A stretch of DNA of 64,000 nt from Octopus vulgaris (GCA_951406725.2 OX597836.1:9982001-10046000); one strand, 5' to 3'. Numbered from the stretch's first letter, positions 40,321 through 53,206 are shown. A program made the numbers and translations. Notes: generated from the letters alone by a model not told the origin.

Positions 40321-41657
40321 ATGCGAGCAGACAGAATCATTAGCACACTGGTGGAAATGCTTAACGGTCGTTCGTTCGTCCTTACGTTCTCTGTTCAAAT
40401 TCCACCGAGGTCGACTTTGCCTTTTATCCTTTCGAGGTCGATAAAATAAATACCAGCTGCGCACTGGGATCAATGTAATCAATCTAACTACTCCTAGGTA
40501 TCAGTATAACAAACTGCTCTGCCAATCCATGCCGAGTCAATGTGGCAGAGTGGGATCATCAAACCAGTATGGTCTCAAGCAAAAATTCACGGCCATCACT
40601 GCTGTTGGTGATTGTTTGTTTGTTTCATGAGCGAAGCGGTCTTCGTCCCATTAGTGGGAGAAGTCCGAAACGTGGTCCTTTGCTATTCATAAGACCCGCA
40701 GAAGAGAAAGCAGGTCAACCTCCGACACCGAGAGCATCGACGGATGGATGAATGCACTTCCAGGCTCAGCGGTTGCGTAGGAAGTTGGGAACAAGAAACA
40801 GGAAGAAAGAGTGAGAGAAAGTTGGAGCGAAAGAGTACAACAGGGGTCGCCACCACCTTCTGCCGGAGCCTCGTGGAACTTTAGGTGTTTTCGCTCAATA
40901 AACACACACAACGCCCGGTCTAGGAATCGAAACCGCGATCCTCCGACCGCACACACATACATATATATAGATATACATATATACGACGGGCTTCTTTCAG
41001 TTTCCGTCTACCAAATCCACTCACAAGGTTTTGGTCGGTCCGAAGCTATAGTAGAAGATACTTGCCCAAGGTGCCACGCGGTGGACTGAACCCAGAACCA
41101 TGTGGTTGGTAAGCAAGCTACTTACCACACAGACACTCTTGTGTGTGTGTGCATATGTGTGTGTGTGTGTGTGAATCAGACATGGCTGTGTGGTTAAGAA
41201 GCGCGCTTTATAATCACGTGATTTCAGGTTCAGTCCTATTTGGGCAAGTGTCTTCTGTTACAGCACTGAGCGCCGACCAATGCTTTGTGAATAAATTTCG
41301 TAGATGGAAGATCATTGTATGTGTGTATTTGTGTGTGCGCGCATGCATGCGTGCGTGTGTGTGTGAAAGTGAGAGAAAGAGAGAGACAGAGAGAAAGAGA
41401 GACAAACAGATTGGCAGACACACAGGGAGGCAGTTGTATAATTCGAAACGAAAATATGCCAGTCATATTACGATTATGAGTTCAACAACCTAATCAATAA
41501 ACCATGCGCGTCCATATCCTATACAAGACGCCAATACAAATTTGGGTTAATTTAGAGGAAAATAAAATAAAACAAAGAAAAGGCGGCAAGTAAGAGAGAA
41601 ACAAGCGAAAACTATGCCCCATTGTAAGAAATGTCTGAGCGAAAAATGCTCGCTTAC

Positions 41658-41681
41658 CTTAGCTAATGAGAAGAAATTCAT
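41658..41681 (-). CDS. ACOD1: Putative coding exon 1 of ACOD1/IRG1-like gene (MNFFSLAK)
   Basis: Minus strand reads caca-ATG AAT TTC TTC TCA TTA GCT AAG|GTAAGC: ATG plus strong donor, phase 0, compatible with the next exon. Sits in non-repetitive sequence. No homology support for this peptide. Confidence 0.6.
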
Positions 41682-43065
41682 TGTGCTTCGCTTCTGTTTT
41701 GGTTAAGCAAAATTGTTGAACGCTTTTCAGTGAAATATTCTGCAATATAATTTAAATGATACTCAGGCGATGTTTCCATTTATCAAACACGAATATTGAT
41801 ATTTGTTTTCCGGCATCAACCTTCGTCACGGCATCAGTTTTTCTTTTAATATCATGTCGGCAAATATTTCGACTTCTTATATTGTTGAGACAAGGATGTA
41901 AAATTTTCCGGTTGCGTACGGTGAATTGACCATTGAGTCATTGCTTCTTCTGTTTATTTTTCGTATAAAATATCTATGTACATGAAACAATAGGAAGTGT
42001 CTGGAATCAAGAACGAACGGTATTTGAGTGCAAAATTCCACAATGTCGTACAGGCAATATGGAGGAAAGAAAAAAACCCCTCAAAAAACGAGTGGCTGTT
42101 AGTCATTAGAACGCATTATGAGGGAGTGTGTCTTTATATTTTCGTTACATATCCAACTAGAAACTAAGTTAAGCATCCATCCGACAAATAAAAAGAGTTT
42201 GGAATCAGAAACAAGTGGTACTTGAGAGTAAAAATCGACAATTTCGCACAGACTAGAAGGAGACATTAAAAAATAAAAGAGAAAATACGAGCGGACATTG
42301 TATTATGAAGGAGTGTTTCGTTATATTTTGTCACATTTTAGCCAACATTAAATTATTTAATCAAGCTTCCAATAAATATTTCAAAGGGCCTTTGTTATAT
42401 ACGCCATGATGATCTAAACGGAAGAAATCAATTAGTGTGTGTAACCAAATTTTCATTTTATTCCACTTATTTATTTGTATTTGGTCAATAAGTGGTACTT
42501 CCTATTTGCTTCTGTCTATAAATCGAAGGAAATGTCTACTATTCCCTCCAGATTTTTATTTTTGTGACGTAGACATCAATGTTTTGAAACTGGCGTATTT
42601 TCCATTACATTTCAGACAGATTTAGCGCTGAATTACTGAAGCAAAAATATCATTTTAACAAATATTCTGCTCAATATCACAGATTTGTTTGACATTAAAC
42701 CACTTTAGCATGTCCCTTAATGGCTGACAATATGTGCATCTCTGATCATGAGCAGGAGTATTGGAGGAGCGTCATAATCATTTGTTGCGTGAGATTCTTT
42801 GGGGTTTGAATAAATGTAACAAAAGTAAAGTTTGAAGGGAATATGAACCATTTTTCATACTTTCCAGGGGTAAGCAAATAGGGAACAACAGTCTCTACCC
42901 AAGGACAAAAAAACTGTGTTAAGCAGTGTTATGGATAGTGGCGGAAGTTGTTCAAATTAAATTTAGTTTCTAATGTTCGTAAGGTATTTGGTTTAGAATA
43001 TTCATAGGGTGTGGTGTGTTACCAAATACCTTAAGAATGAGAACCCAGGTTCGAAATTTCCCCAA

Positions 43066-43111
43066 GACACCTGAAGAAGGCTGGAAGGTATATCAGCCGA
43101 AACGTTGTGTT
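43066..43111 (+). ncRNA. Minimal type I hammerhead ribozyme-like motif with intact core
   Basis: GACAC-CUGAAGA-A-GGCUG(gaagguauau)CAGCC-GAAA-C-GUU-GUGUU: stem I GACAC/GUGUU, stem II GGCUG/CAGCC, palindromic AACGUU in place of stem III, GUU triplet. Confidence 0.7.
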
Positions 43112-43430
43112 AACAACAAACAAGATGAGGACAAACATCCGTCGAATGTAAATAATGTAAATAAAGTACATAATTCCTCATCTCTTAAAGATAGAGCTGA
43201 ATGTAAAATCGTTAGCACACCGGACAAAATGCTTAGCCGCATTTCATCCGTCTTTACGTTCTGAGTTCGAATTCCGCCAATGCCGACTTTGCCTTTCATC
43301 CTTTCAGAGTCGATAAAATTCAAACCAGTTAAACACTAGGGTCAATGTAATCTACTTGCCCCGTCCCCAGAATTTGCTAGCCTTGTGCAAACATTTGAAA
43401 CTGTTATATAAATGCTCATATATATATACA

Positions 43431-43613
43431 GGCGTAGGAGTGGCTGTGTGGTGAGTAGCTTGCTTACCAACCACATGGTTCCGGGTTCAGTTCCACTGCG
43501 TGGCACCTTGGACAAGTGTCTTCGCCTATAGCCTCGGGCTGACCAAACAAAGCCTTGTGAGTGGATTTGGTAGACGGAAACTGAAAGAAGCCCGTCGTAT
43601 ATATGTGTGTGTG

Positions 43614-43652
<39 letters not shown>

Positions 43653-43855
43653 TTGCGTGTCTGTGTTTGTCTCCCCAACATCGCTTGACAACCGATGCTG
43701 GTGTGTTTATGTCCCCGTAACTTAGCGGTTCGGCTAAAGAGACCGATATGAGTACTAGGCTTCCGAAGAGTAAGTCTTGGGGTCGATTTGCTCGACTAAA
43801 GGCGGTGCTCCTGCATGGCCACAGCCAAATGACTGAAACAAGTAAAAGAGTAAAA
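43431..43855 (+). mobile_element. SINE family A full-length copy
   Basis: Head, body and tail as in the 955-1354 copy. Confidence 0.9.
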
Positions 43856-44247
43856 CAATACAAAAAGTATAAAAATTTATTGGAATTCAATCATTCTAAT
43901 TGTATAGAACTTTAAAAATAACGCTTTATTTCCATCTATCTTTTTTTTACTATTTTTATAAATTATTTCGGATTTCATTTTACCAATAACAATATTGCTT
44001 CTTTTCGCTTGAGTGCGGCTTTTGTCCTTCTTTGCTAAATATGCGCGCATCCATGCGAGTAACTATCACTCAAATGCTATATTGACCATTTAATCAAATA
44101 ATGTACACCATTTTTAAGCGTGTGTTTTAAGATTTTCATTATCAAATTATAACGATTAATTTCTTCAATTTTGAAAAATTAAGTCGATTTTATGTTGCAA
44201 ACATTGGCCTCACATATTTTTCTTTTGTGTGTTAGGCATTAAATATG

Positions 44248-44301
<54 letters not shown>

Positions 44302-45517
44302 ATGCGCACAACTCTTTTACTCTTTTACTTGTTTCAGTCATTTGACTGCGGCCATGCTGGAGCACCGCCTTTAGTCGCTCACAAATTTCCTTACTCAAAT
44401 TATGACTCATGTTCCTTTCAATAATTTGGCTGTGTATACACGATCTAAATTTTGGCCTTGTGGGAAAAAAGGGTTTCTGTTATCTTCAGAAATGTAAACA
44501 AAGTCACGTGTGTACATATACTGAAGCATCGCCCAAAACTTCTTTGTAGACGATATTTTCTGCTTGGTCGACTCTTATTTCCAAAATCCGGGAGTCCGTT
44601 GCTCTACTCATAGCGACGTTTATTGGCTGTGTGTACACGATCTAAAGTTTGGCCTTGTTCCTTGTTTGCTGTGAATGCGGAGCGGAGTCTTTAGGGCTGC
44701 AAAAAAATCAAACTAGGATTTACCTCTCACTGTTCTATGCGAATTAATGTCTGGATGTTCTGGTACCATGGATTATTTTGATTGACAAAACGGAGATGTA
44801 AACAACAGCCGCTTCGATTAGCCGTTTCGAATCCTGCTCGAAAATGACACACTTCAATGACTACTAAATAATCACACACACACTATATACTGACACACAC
44901 TTTTTCTATTTTATTTTCGCTATTAACCTCGCGATCCCCTTCATATCTATGATGGGGTCACGAACCATACGATGAAAATCCAGAGTTACTTGTGGTCGGT
45001 GAATTTTATAATAAAAATGCGAAGGTGGTTTATCAATTAAAAAATCGATATCCACGAAATAATTATACTTTCTGATTTTTTTTTTATATGCTAAAAACCT
45101 TCCTGGCGGCCTTCTTTGTAATCCCGAAAAATATCGTAACCATTGGTCCAGCCCGCCTAGCCGTAAAGAGGGAATAGACACAGAGACGGACAGATGGACA
45201 TAACGCCCGTTATAGTCAGACAGCGAATCTGCCAATCTACGATGGGAAATAAAAGGATAGTATCGCAAATCTAAACCCTCTAAATTCACGGACTACGGGA
45301 GTGGTGGTGGTGAGGATCCAGAGTCAATGTTCGTCGCCGGTTATTTATTAATACAAAACTCAATATCCACTAAATAACCATACTTTTTCACATTCTTTTT
45401 CGCTGAAAACCTTCCTGAATACCTCCTTCGTAATCCCGGAAAACATCGTGAACATTGATGCGGCCGTTTGACCGCGAAGAGTGAACACACAGACGGACAT
45501 AACGCCCATTATAGTAG

Positions 45518-46105
45518 AATAAGCACGTATTTAGAACATCAAGGAAAGGCGGGAGCACCACAGAAATGGTTTACAACACAAAAGAAATCACTTTAAACTT
45601 GTTAAATAATATTCGGGATGCCTTTTCGCTACTAAGTATAGAAGAAGAAGATGAGTTACATAAGATTAATTTTGAGGATCTCATCAAAGACTTTGCAGTT
45701 AAAAAAAGTAGAAAGCTTTTCAAATATAAATAAAAATGGAAGTATACAAAAATAAACATGGCGTAACTTCGGTATAGGTACCGGAAGTACCGGATACATT
45801 TCAAGAAAGTTTTTATTTTAAATATATATATGGGGGTTTAGTGTTAGGGTTAGGGGTGGGAGAAAAGGGTTTCTGTTATCTTCAGAAATGTAAGCTAGCC
45901 ACTTCCGGTACCTACGGTACCTATACCGAAGGATCGCCATAAATATTACTTACCATCATACTGTTAGTTTTATTTCATTTTGAGAAATAAAAGTTTATTT
46001 TATGATTTTTTTTTATCGTTTATATTTTGAATTACATATATATGGGGAGCGGTCACCAAAATTTTTTAAGTGCTAAGAGCCTCTATGGGTCTTAATCCGG
46101 CCCTG
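45518..46105 (-). mobile_element. Second, interrupted copy of the CAGGGCCGGATTAA MITE family
   Basis: Terminus TTAATCCGGCCCTG at 46092-46105. Internal match GCACCACAGAAATGGT to the 24010-24070 region. The other end is not visible. Confidence 0.6.
45758..45940. mobile_element. Small MITE with ~26-bp TIRs
   Basis: ATGGCGTAACTTCGGTATAGGTACCG...CGGTACCTATACCGAAGGATCGCCAT, with an internal TTAGGG-like tract. Confidence 0.75.
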
Positions 46106-47197
46106 CGAGCCACCACACCGCAATACGAGATGGACCTCGCAGTGGTATGTGAGGTTGGTTTAAGCCGATATTAATTCTTGGTTCATTGAAGCGCTCAAAT
46201 AATAAGATCTTCAAATTGCCGAAAGTTCAGCAACGCCTTGCAATCGAAATTTCAATAATAGTGTGCATTATCGGAATATTTCCTTACAAATTCGGAAAGA
46301 ATAATAATAATAATAAAAAAATTCTATTTCCATCTCCATACTGAAGAATAAACTTGAGATGTTCCTCACTCTCAGAAATTTGAATGTTTTGGCGACTTTT
46401 CAGAAGCATCTTCTTATAATTCAAAATCTCTCTTCATAAAACTCAAACCCGTCTACATCAATACTATAAAAGCTGTCGAAAGTTGAAAGCGGTTCTCTTT
46501 AAAATTATTTGCGTTTCTGAATGCCGTCGCTTTCATTTGAGTCATGCAGTAATTCTGTGGAATCTGGAATCTAAAGGCAATTTAAATCTTGAATTCAAGT
46601 CATCGAGATGAATAAATCTTTCTTCTTTTCTTCCATTTCGTTTAGGGGACGATCAATAATTTCGGTTATTATTTCTTCTTTGGCAAAATTACTCCTACAT
46701 CTTTTATCTTCTGTCTTTTACTAGTGCCAGTCATTGAACTGCGGCCTTGCTGGAGCACGCACCTTGCCTTGAAAGGTTCAGTCGAACAATGCCTATTTAT
46801 TATGGTTTTTTTTTATATTCTATCGGTCCCTTTTGCTGAACCGCTAGGCTATGGGGACTTAAGCAATCCAAACGCTGGTTGTCAAGCGATGGTGGGGGAA
46901 CAAACACACACACACACACACAGAGCAAATTTTTCTTGAAATTTTAGCAATTAATCACACAGCCCAATTATTTTGGATTTATTACGCAGCATAATTGTTT
47001 TAGATTTACACACGAGAGAATATATTCATAATCCAGTGAAGAGAATCCGGATTTTCCCATCAGAAAAATTACAACCGGATTCCTCAGCCTAAGCGATCCT
47101 TGATTCATCTTACTACTTGATGTGGTTAACTGGAAGCTGGAATATACCTGTGAGCTATTAAACCACCCACCTGGATAATTTATCCCTATATACTCAT

Positions 47198-47240
<43 letters not shown>

Positions 47241-47437
47241 TCAATATGTGACCGCGTATGTATCGTTGGCGATTTTCTTTCTCCGTCTTCCCTTCCTTGG
47301 ACCTTTCCTTCTTCTATGTTTTTGACGAAGAGCTCCGCTCGAAACGTTAAGTCCTCCTTCTTTCTTTCCTTTCCTGAGCGTCCAATAACGCTATACTTGT
47401 TCCACATCCTCGCGTTGTTGTGTTTTCATGTTTGGAA

Positions 47438-47532
<95 letters not shown>

Positions 47533-47697
47533 CGGGCTTCTTTCAGCAGTTTCAGTCTACCAAATCCACTCAAAAGGCTTTGATCGGCCCGAGGCTTTAG
47601 TAGAAGACACTTGCCCAAGGTACTACGCAATTGGACTGAACTCGGAGCCATATGGTCGGGAAGCAAGCTTCTCACCACACAGCCACGCCTGGCGCAT

Positions 47698-47802
<105 letters not shown>

Positions 47803-48561
47803 CCCGCCCACCAAAGTGACTAACGTAATACTGGGTGGCCCGGAGCAAGGAATAATAGAAGACAGTTGCTTAAAGTGCTGCATATTGGAACTGAACCCTT
47901 AACCATGTGGTTGAAAAGCAAGCTTCTTTGCCACGTAGCTATGCCTACGCACACATTTTTTTTTTCCGAAGGCGTTTGTTTCTTCCTTTTTTGAGGGCGT
48001 TTCTATTCTAATATCCCAGTCATTACATCGTTTGAACCCAGGCAATTGATTCACTGGTCAAGGATTCGGTCGGCCTGACTATAGCAGAAAACACGTCTTC
48101 AAGATGTCACGTAGTAGGACTGAATCAGGAAATACGTGGTTGGGAAGCAAAGTTCTTACCATACAGCCACACCTACGTCTACAAAGTGGATGGCTTTATT
48201 ATCATTGTTGTAGTGTACGTGCAGAACGTCTTGTTGGCTGTATGAATAATGACTTAAGCCATCTCACGAGCATTTAACCTTAATCTTTATTGCTGGATAT
48301 TTGGTGCTGGCTATTTACAGTGGAAAGGGGTGATTGCCTCCCCTTTGCAAATATAAGGACACAGAAAATGCGTCAAAGCCGACAGGAGACGTCGATGTTT
48401 CTTAGGGCTAAATAGCAGTGGTGTAATTCCTTTATGGGACTGTCACATTGAGTTGACAGTATACGACCACTATATCGCTCCACCACCGCTTATGTCTCTC
48501 TGAGACATTTAGAAAATTCAGTATTTCTAAAAACTAATAATACAGTTTTTTTTAAATTTTA

Positions 48562-48859
48562 TTTATGCGCCCTTTTCAAGCCCTCGTGGGCCCAGTTTCC
48601 CGGTTTCTGTGGCGTATGTGTTCCCCCCAGATAGACGGGACGCCAGTCCATCGCAGCGTTGCTCAAGAAACAGGAAGAGACAGTGAGAGAAAGTTGGGGC
48701 GAAAGAGTACAACAGGGGTCGACACCACCCCCTGCCGGAGCCTCGTGGCACTTTAGGTGTTTTTACTCAATAAACACAAACAACGCCCGGCCTGGGAATC
48801 GAAACCGCGATCCTCCGACCTCGAGGCCGCTGCCCTAACCACTGGGCCATTGCACCGCC
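48562..48859 (-). mobile_element. tRNA-derived SINE family with Nin/Deu-like domain (representative copy)
   Basis: Head GGCGGTGCAATGGCCCAGTGGTTAGGGC...GGTTTCGATTCCC, with 3' GCGATGGACTGGCGTCCCGTC...CAGAAACCGGGAAACTGGGCCC. Copies at ~4616-4920, 34205-34420, 40750-40950(-), 60300-60490(-) and 60608-60780. Confidence 0.75.
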
Positions 48860-50163
48860 AAATAAAACAGTTACTCACTGATATATTTCGTTGACTATTT
48901 AGAATAAAAATATTAAGAATATTATTGCCGAGTGGGAGGAGAGAAAACTGCCGTGTCCATAAAAGCTACTTCCGGAACATTGTGTGAATGTTCAGAATCG
49001 GTCTGCGCAAGAGTCCCAAGCTGCCTGCTCGAATGCCAGGGGTCGTCTGCCTAGCAAGAGGTGAGGCATGTGAACTCGTCGGCCGCTCTATGGGGGTTAA
49101 ATTTTAGAATATTCAAGTGAGCCATATCACGCCACAGCTAATTGGTCGATCAATCACGTGAAACTGTGATGGCCCAATCGTGGTGCCTAACCTAGTATCT
49201 AGTGGTTAGGGTTCGAATCTCCGCTATAGTACCATCAACATGGGGTCCAGTGAACAGAAAAAAAATACGAAAGGAAAGGTAGAAGTGAAGGCTCAATGCT
49301 GTGAGCCACGAGTTTGGTCCAATGAATCTATCATTCGTTCCATATAAAAAAGAAAAAAAATACGAGGAGACGATTCGTTCATCACTAATTTATCTATCAC
49401 TGTCTTTTTTCTTATCCTTTTTTTGGAGCCAACCAACCGTGATATGTATTTTAATAATCAGTCTGTGGCAGAGAGCTAGCAAAGGAAAAAAAAAAGACGA
49501 AAATGTTTTACGTTGTTCGTTTCAGCCCTTCACGTTCCGAGTTCAAATCCCGCCAAGATCAACTTTGCTTTTCATCGCTTACTTTTTTAAATTTAAAAAA
49601 AAAATTGATCTGATATCAAAAATATTTTCCGAAATTGTTCAAACTTTTTATGTTCAAAACATAAATAGAAAAAAAGAAGTTGGTACCAATTGCTACGAGG
49701 TGATTGGTCAATCATTGGTCAATCTGTGGCAGAGAGCCCTTCACGTTCCGAGTTCAAATCCCGCCAAGATCAACTTTGCTTTTCATCGCTCCGGGATCAA
49801 TAAACAGAATTGTGCCCATCAAGTTCTGGAGTCAATGATATTGACTACTCCTCTCCCTCCAACCCATCACGATTACTGACTTTTTGCTAACATCAAAAAC
49901 CATTTGAATAAAGAAATTCACTATATAAAAAAAAAATAGCTGCCCCCTAATCTTCCCTAATCCTAATCAGGTTCTGATTACTTTTTTAATTAAAAAAAAA
50001 ATTGATCTGAAATCAAAAATATTTTCCGAAATTGTTCAAACCTTTTATGTTCAAAATATAAATTAAAAAAAAGGAAAAAAAGAAGTTGGTACCGATTGCT
50101 ACAATGTGATTGGTCAATCCTTTCTGGAAGCAACGATAATTTCAAGAAACCAATAATTTATCT

Positions 50164-50990
50164 TGTTCGTTGTTTTGGGCGCGCGTGGTTCTTGCAGTGA
50201 ACCTAAGAATGTAAAAAGACTACAAAGAACGTTGAATCAACTAAATATTGTTTTCGTGGATACCTGAGCAATTTAACTAAACACGTCTTTATGCCTTTAG
50301 TGGAAAGTAGATGACCATGTCATGGCGTTTTACAGACGATAACATCGTTGTTCGTTATTTTGGGCGTGTGTGGTTCTTGCAGTGAGTCTAAGAATGTAAA
50401 AAGACTACAAAGAACGTTGAATCAACTAAATATTGTTTTCGTGGATACCTGAGCAATTTAACTAAAGACGTCTTTATGTCTTTAGTGGGAAGCAGACGAC
50501 CATGTCGGAGCGTTTTACAGACGATAACATCGTTGTTCGTTATTTTGGGCGCGTGTGGTTCTTGCAGTGAGTCTAAGAATGTAAAAAGACTACAAAGAAC
50601 GTTGAATCAACTAAATATTGTTTTCGTGGATACCTGAGCAATTTAACTAAACACGTCTTTATGCCTTTAGTGGAAAGTAGACGACCATGTCATGGCGTTT
50701 TACAGACGATAACATCGTTGTTCGTTATTTTGGGCGTGTGTGGTTCTTGCAGTGAGTCTAAGAATGTAAAAAGACTACAAAGTACGTTGAATCAACTAAA
50801 TATTGTTTTCGTGGATACCTGAGCAATTTAACTAAAGACGTCTTTATGTCTTTAGTGGGAAGCAGACGACCATGTCGGAGCGTTTTACAGACGATAACAT
50901 TGTTGATCGTTATTTTGGGCGCGTGTGGTTCTTGCAGTGAACCTAAGAATGTAAAAAGACTACAAAGAACGTTGAATTAACTAAATACTG
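50164..50990. repeat. 185-bp tandem repeat, ~4.5 copies, alternating A/B units
   Basis: The anchor TGGGCG.G.GTGGTTCTTGCAGTGA recurs at 50176, 50361, 50546, 50731 and 50916, spaced exactly 185 bp. Confidence 0.97.
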
Positions 50991-51345
50991 ATTTTGAGTT
51001 ATTCACAGGCCCTGAAATTTTGAGAGGAGGAGGTCTGTCGATGCTGTCAGCCTCAGTACGTGACTGGTACTTAATTCTGTCGAGTTTGAAACGATGAAAT
51101 GCTAAGTTAATTTCGGTGGTATTTGAACTCAGAATGTAGAGAATCGGAACAAGTAGAGTAAAGCATGTTATTCCGACGTTCTATCGATCCTGCCGGTTCC
51201 GTTCACAGAGGATAAAATTATTCGGAGTAATTAAATATTACAAGTAGGAAGAGGGGGAGGGGAGATGGACTGACAGATAGATAGCTAGATAGAGAGAGAG
51301 AGCGAGAGGGGGAGGGGAGAGAAATATAGAATAATATGGAGGGAG

Positions 51346-51376
<31 letters not shown>

Positions 51377-51445
51377 ATACGCAATGACATGGATGGATGG
51401 ACAGACAGTTAAACAGACAGAGACAGACAGATGGATGGATGGATG

Positions 51446-51542
<97 letters not shown>

Positions 51543-51802
51543 GCAGGATGACAGATCGACATTTTAATTGTCACTGCCACTTCTGCATGTGAGTTGGCTA
51601 CAGAGAGAAGGGAGGGATGATAGCTAGAAAGAGATAGAGAAAGAAAAAGAAAGAAAGAAAGAAAGAAAGAAAGAGAGTGTGACAGAGATAGAGAGAGACA
51701 GAGAATGATAGAACGGCATTTTGCTTGCTTCTACCACTCACTTGATTTGTATGTGAGTGTGTGTGTTAGCTATCGAAAAGAGAGAGGGGAAAGAGACAAA
51801 GG

Positions 51803-51838
<36 letters not shown>

Positions 51839-53174
51839 AAAGAGAGAGAAAGAAAAAGAGAAAGAGAAAAGAAGAAAAATAAAAAGAAATATCCTGTGAC
51901 CGCAACTCTCGCCGTTTCTCTCTATCCTCCCCTTCTCCCCCATCTGCGCTACTCGAAAGGGAATTCAAGTTGAAAATTATTATATTAGGTGACAGGAAGC
52001 GTTAATTTAATATTGATAGATATACGTAATTATTTTATTAAATAATGAGAGGAAACATTAATCATAGTCAGATACTCACAGTTATTTAATTAGCTAATGA
52101 CAGGAAACATGAAGTATTTATAAGCAAACCAATGTATTTTTGTTTTCATTAATATAGAATTTATAGAGTCAAGTGAGCAGTGATTCATAATTTATATCTC
52201 TGTTATAAAATAATATCAATGAAATACGTTTTTTCCAGCTATTTTGTATTTTCTTCGTTCGCTGAAATGGTTCGTTAAACTGATTTAATGTTTCCGAGAA
52301 CAATTGAAAAGAATTGAGCTGGAAGAACCGATAGCACTCCGGACGAAATGCTTAGCGGCATTTTTGTCCGTCTTTATTGCTCTTTGCTCAGATTCTGCCA
52401 ACGTCGACTTAGCCTTTCAGGGTCGATAAAAGAAGTGCCTATCAAATACTGGACTCGATATAATCTATTTCTTTATTGCCCACAAGGGGCTAAACACAGA
52501 GAGGACAAACAAGGACAGACAAAAGGATTAAGTCGATTATATCGACACCAGTGCGTAACTGGTACTTATTCAATCGACCCCGAAAGGATGAAAGGCAAAG
52601 TCGACCTCGGCGGAATTTGAACTCAGAACATAACGACAGACGAAATACGGTTACGCATTTCGCCCGGCGTGCTAACGTTTCTGCCAGCTCGCCGCCTTGA
52701 ACTCGATATAATCGAGTAGCGCTCTACCCACCATAATTCCAGGCCTTGTGCCTATAGTAGAAAGAATTATTATTATATCGCGGGATCGAATCTTTTGACC
52801 GACAGATCTAAAAAGTAATTTTTTGTAACTAAACGCTTTCAAACTTCGGACACTGGTAGAATGTGTCATATAAAACATCGTTTACTCTTTGCATTTTTGA
52901 GAAAAACTTATATCTACGAAGTTATTTCACGTCAAAGTTTTCGTATTTCGGTAATTTCAACCTATCAATATTCTGTTGTGTCTGGGGAGAGTCATTTTCT
53001 TTTTGTGCCTTATTATTTAACACACTCACCGATAAAGTTTCCCCTTTTTTTCTTATTTTTATTGTCCTAAAATTTTCGTTGCCTCTTGCAACCTTATAAA
53101 GAATCTTGCAAACCAAATCCCAAAACGAAACCTATCAATATATATCTGTCTTTCTCTAGCTGTCTATCTGTCTG

Positions 53175-53206
<32 letters not shown>

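Noticed and set aside
1763-43890. Recurring ORFs such as [17 protein letters not shown] and EDTCPRCHAVGLNPEPCGW as a multigene family
   Set aside because: They are antisense translations of SINE family A, with inconsistent frames and ends.
45833-45860. Interstitial telomere
   Set aside because: Only two exact TTAGGG units, and they are internal to a MITE.
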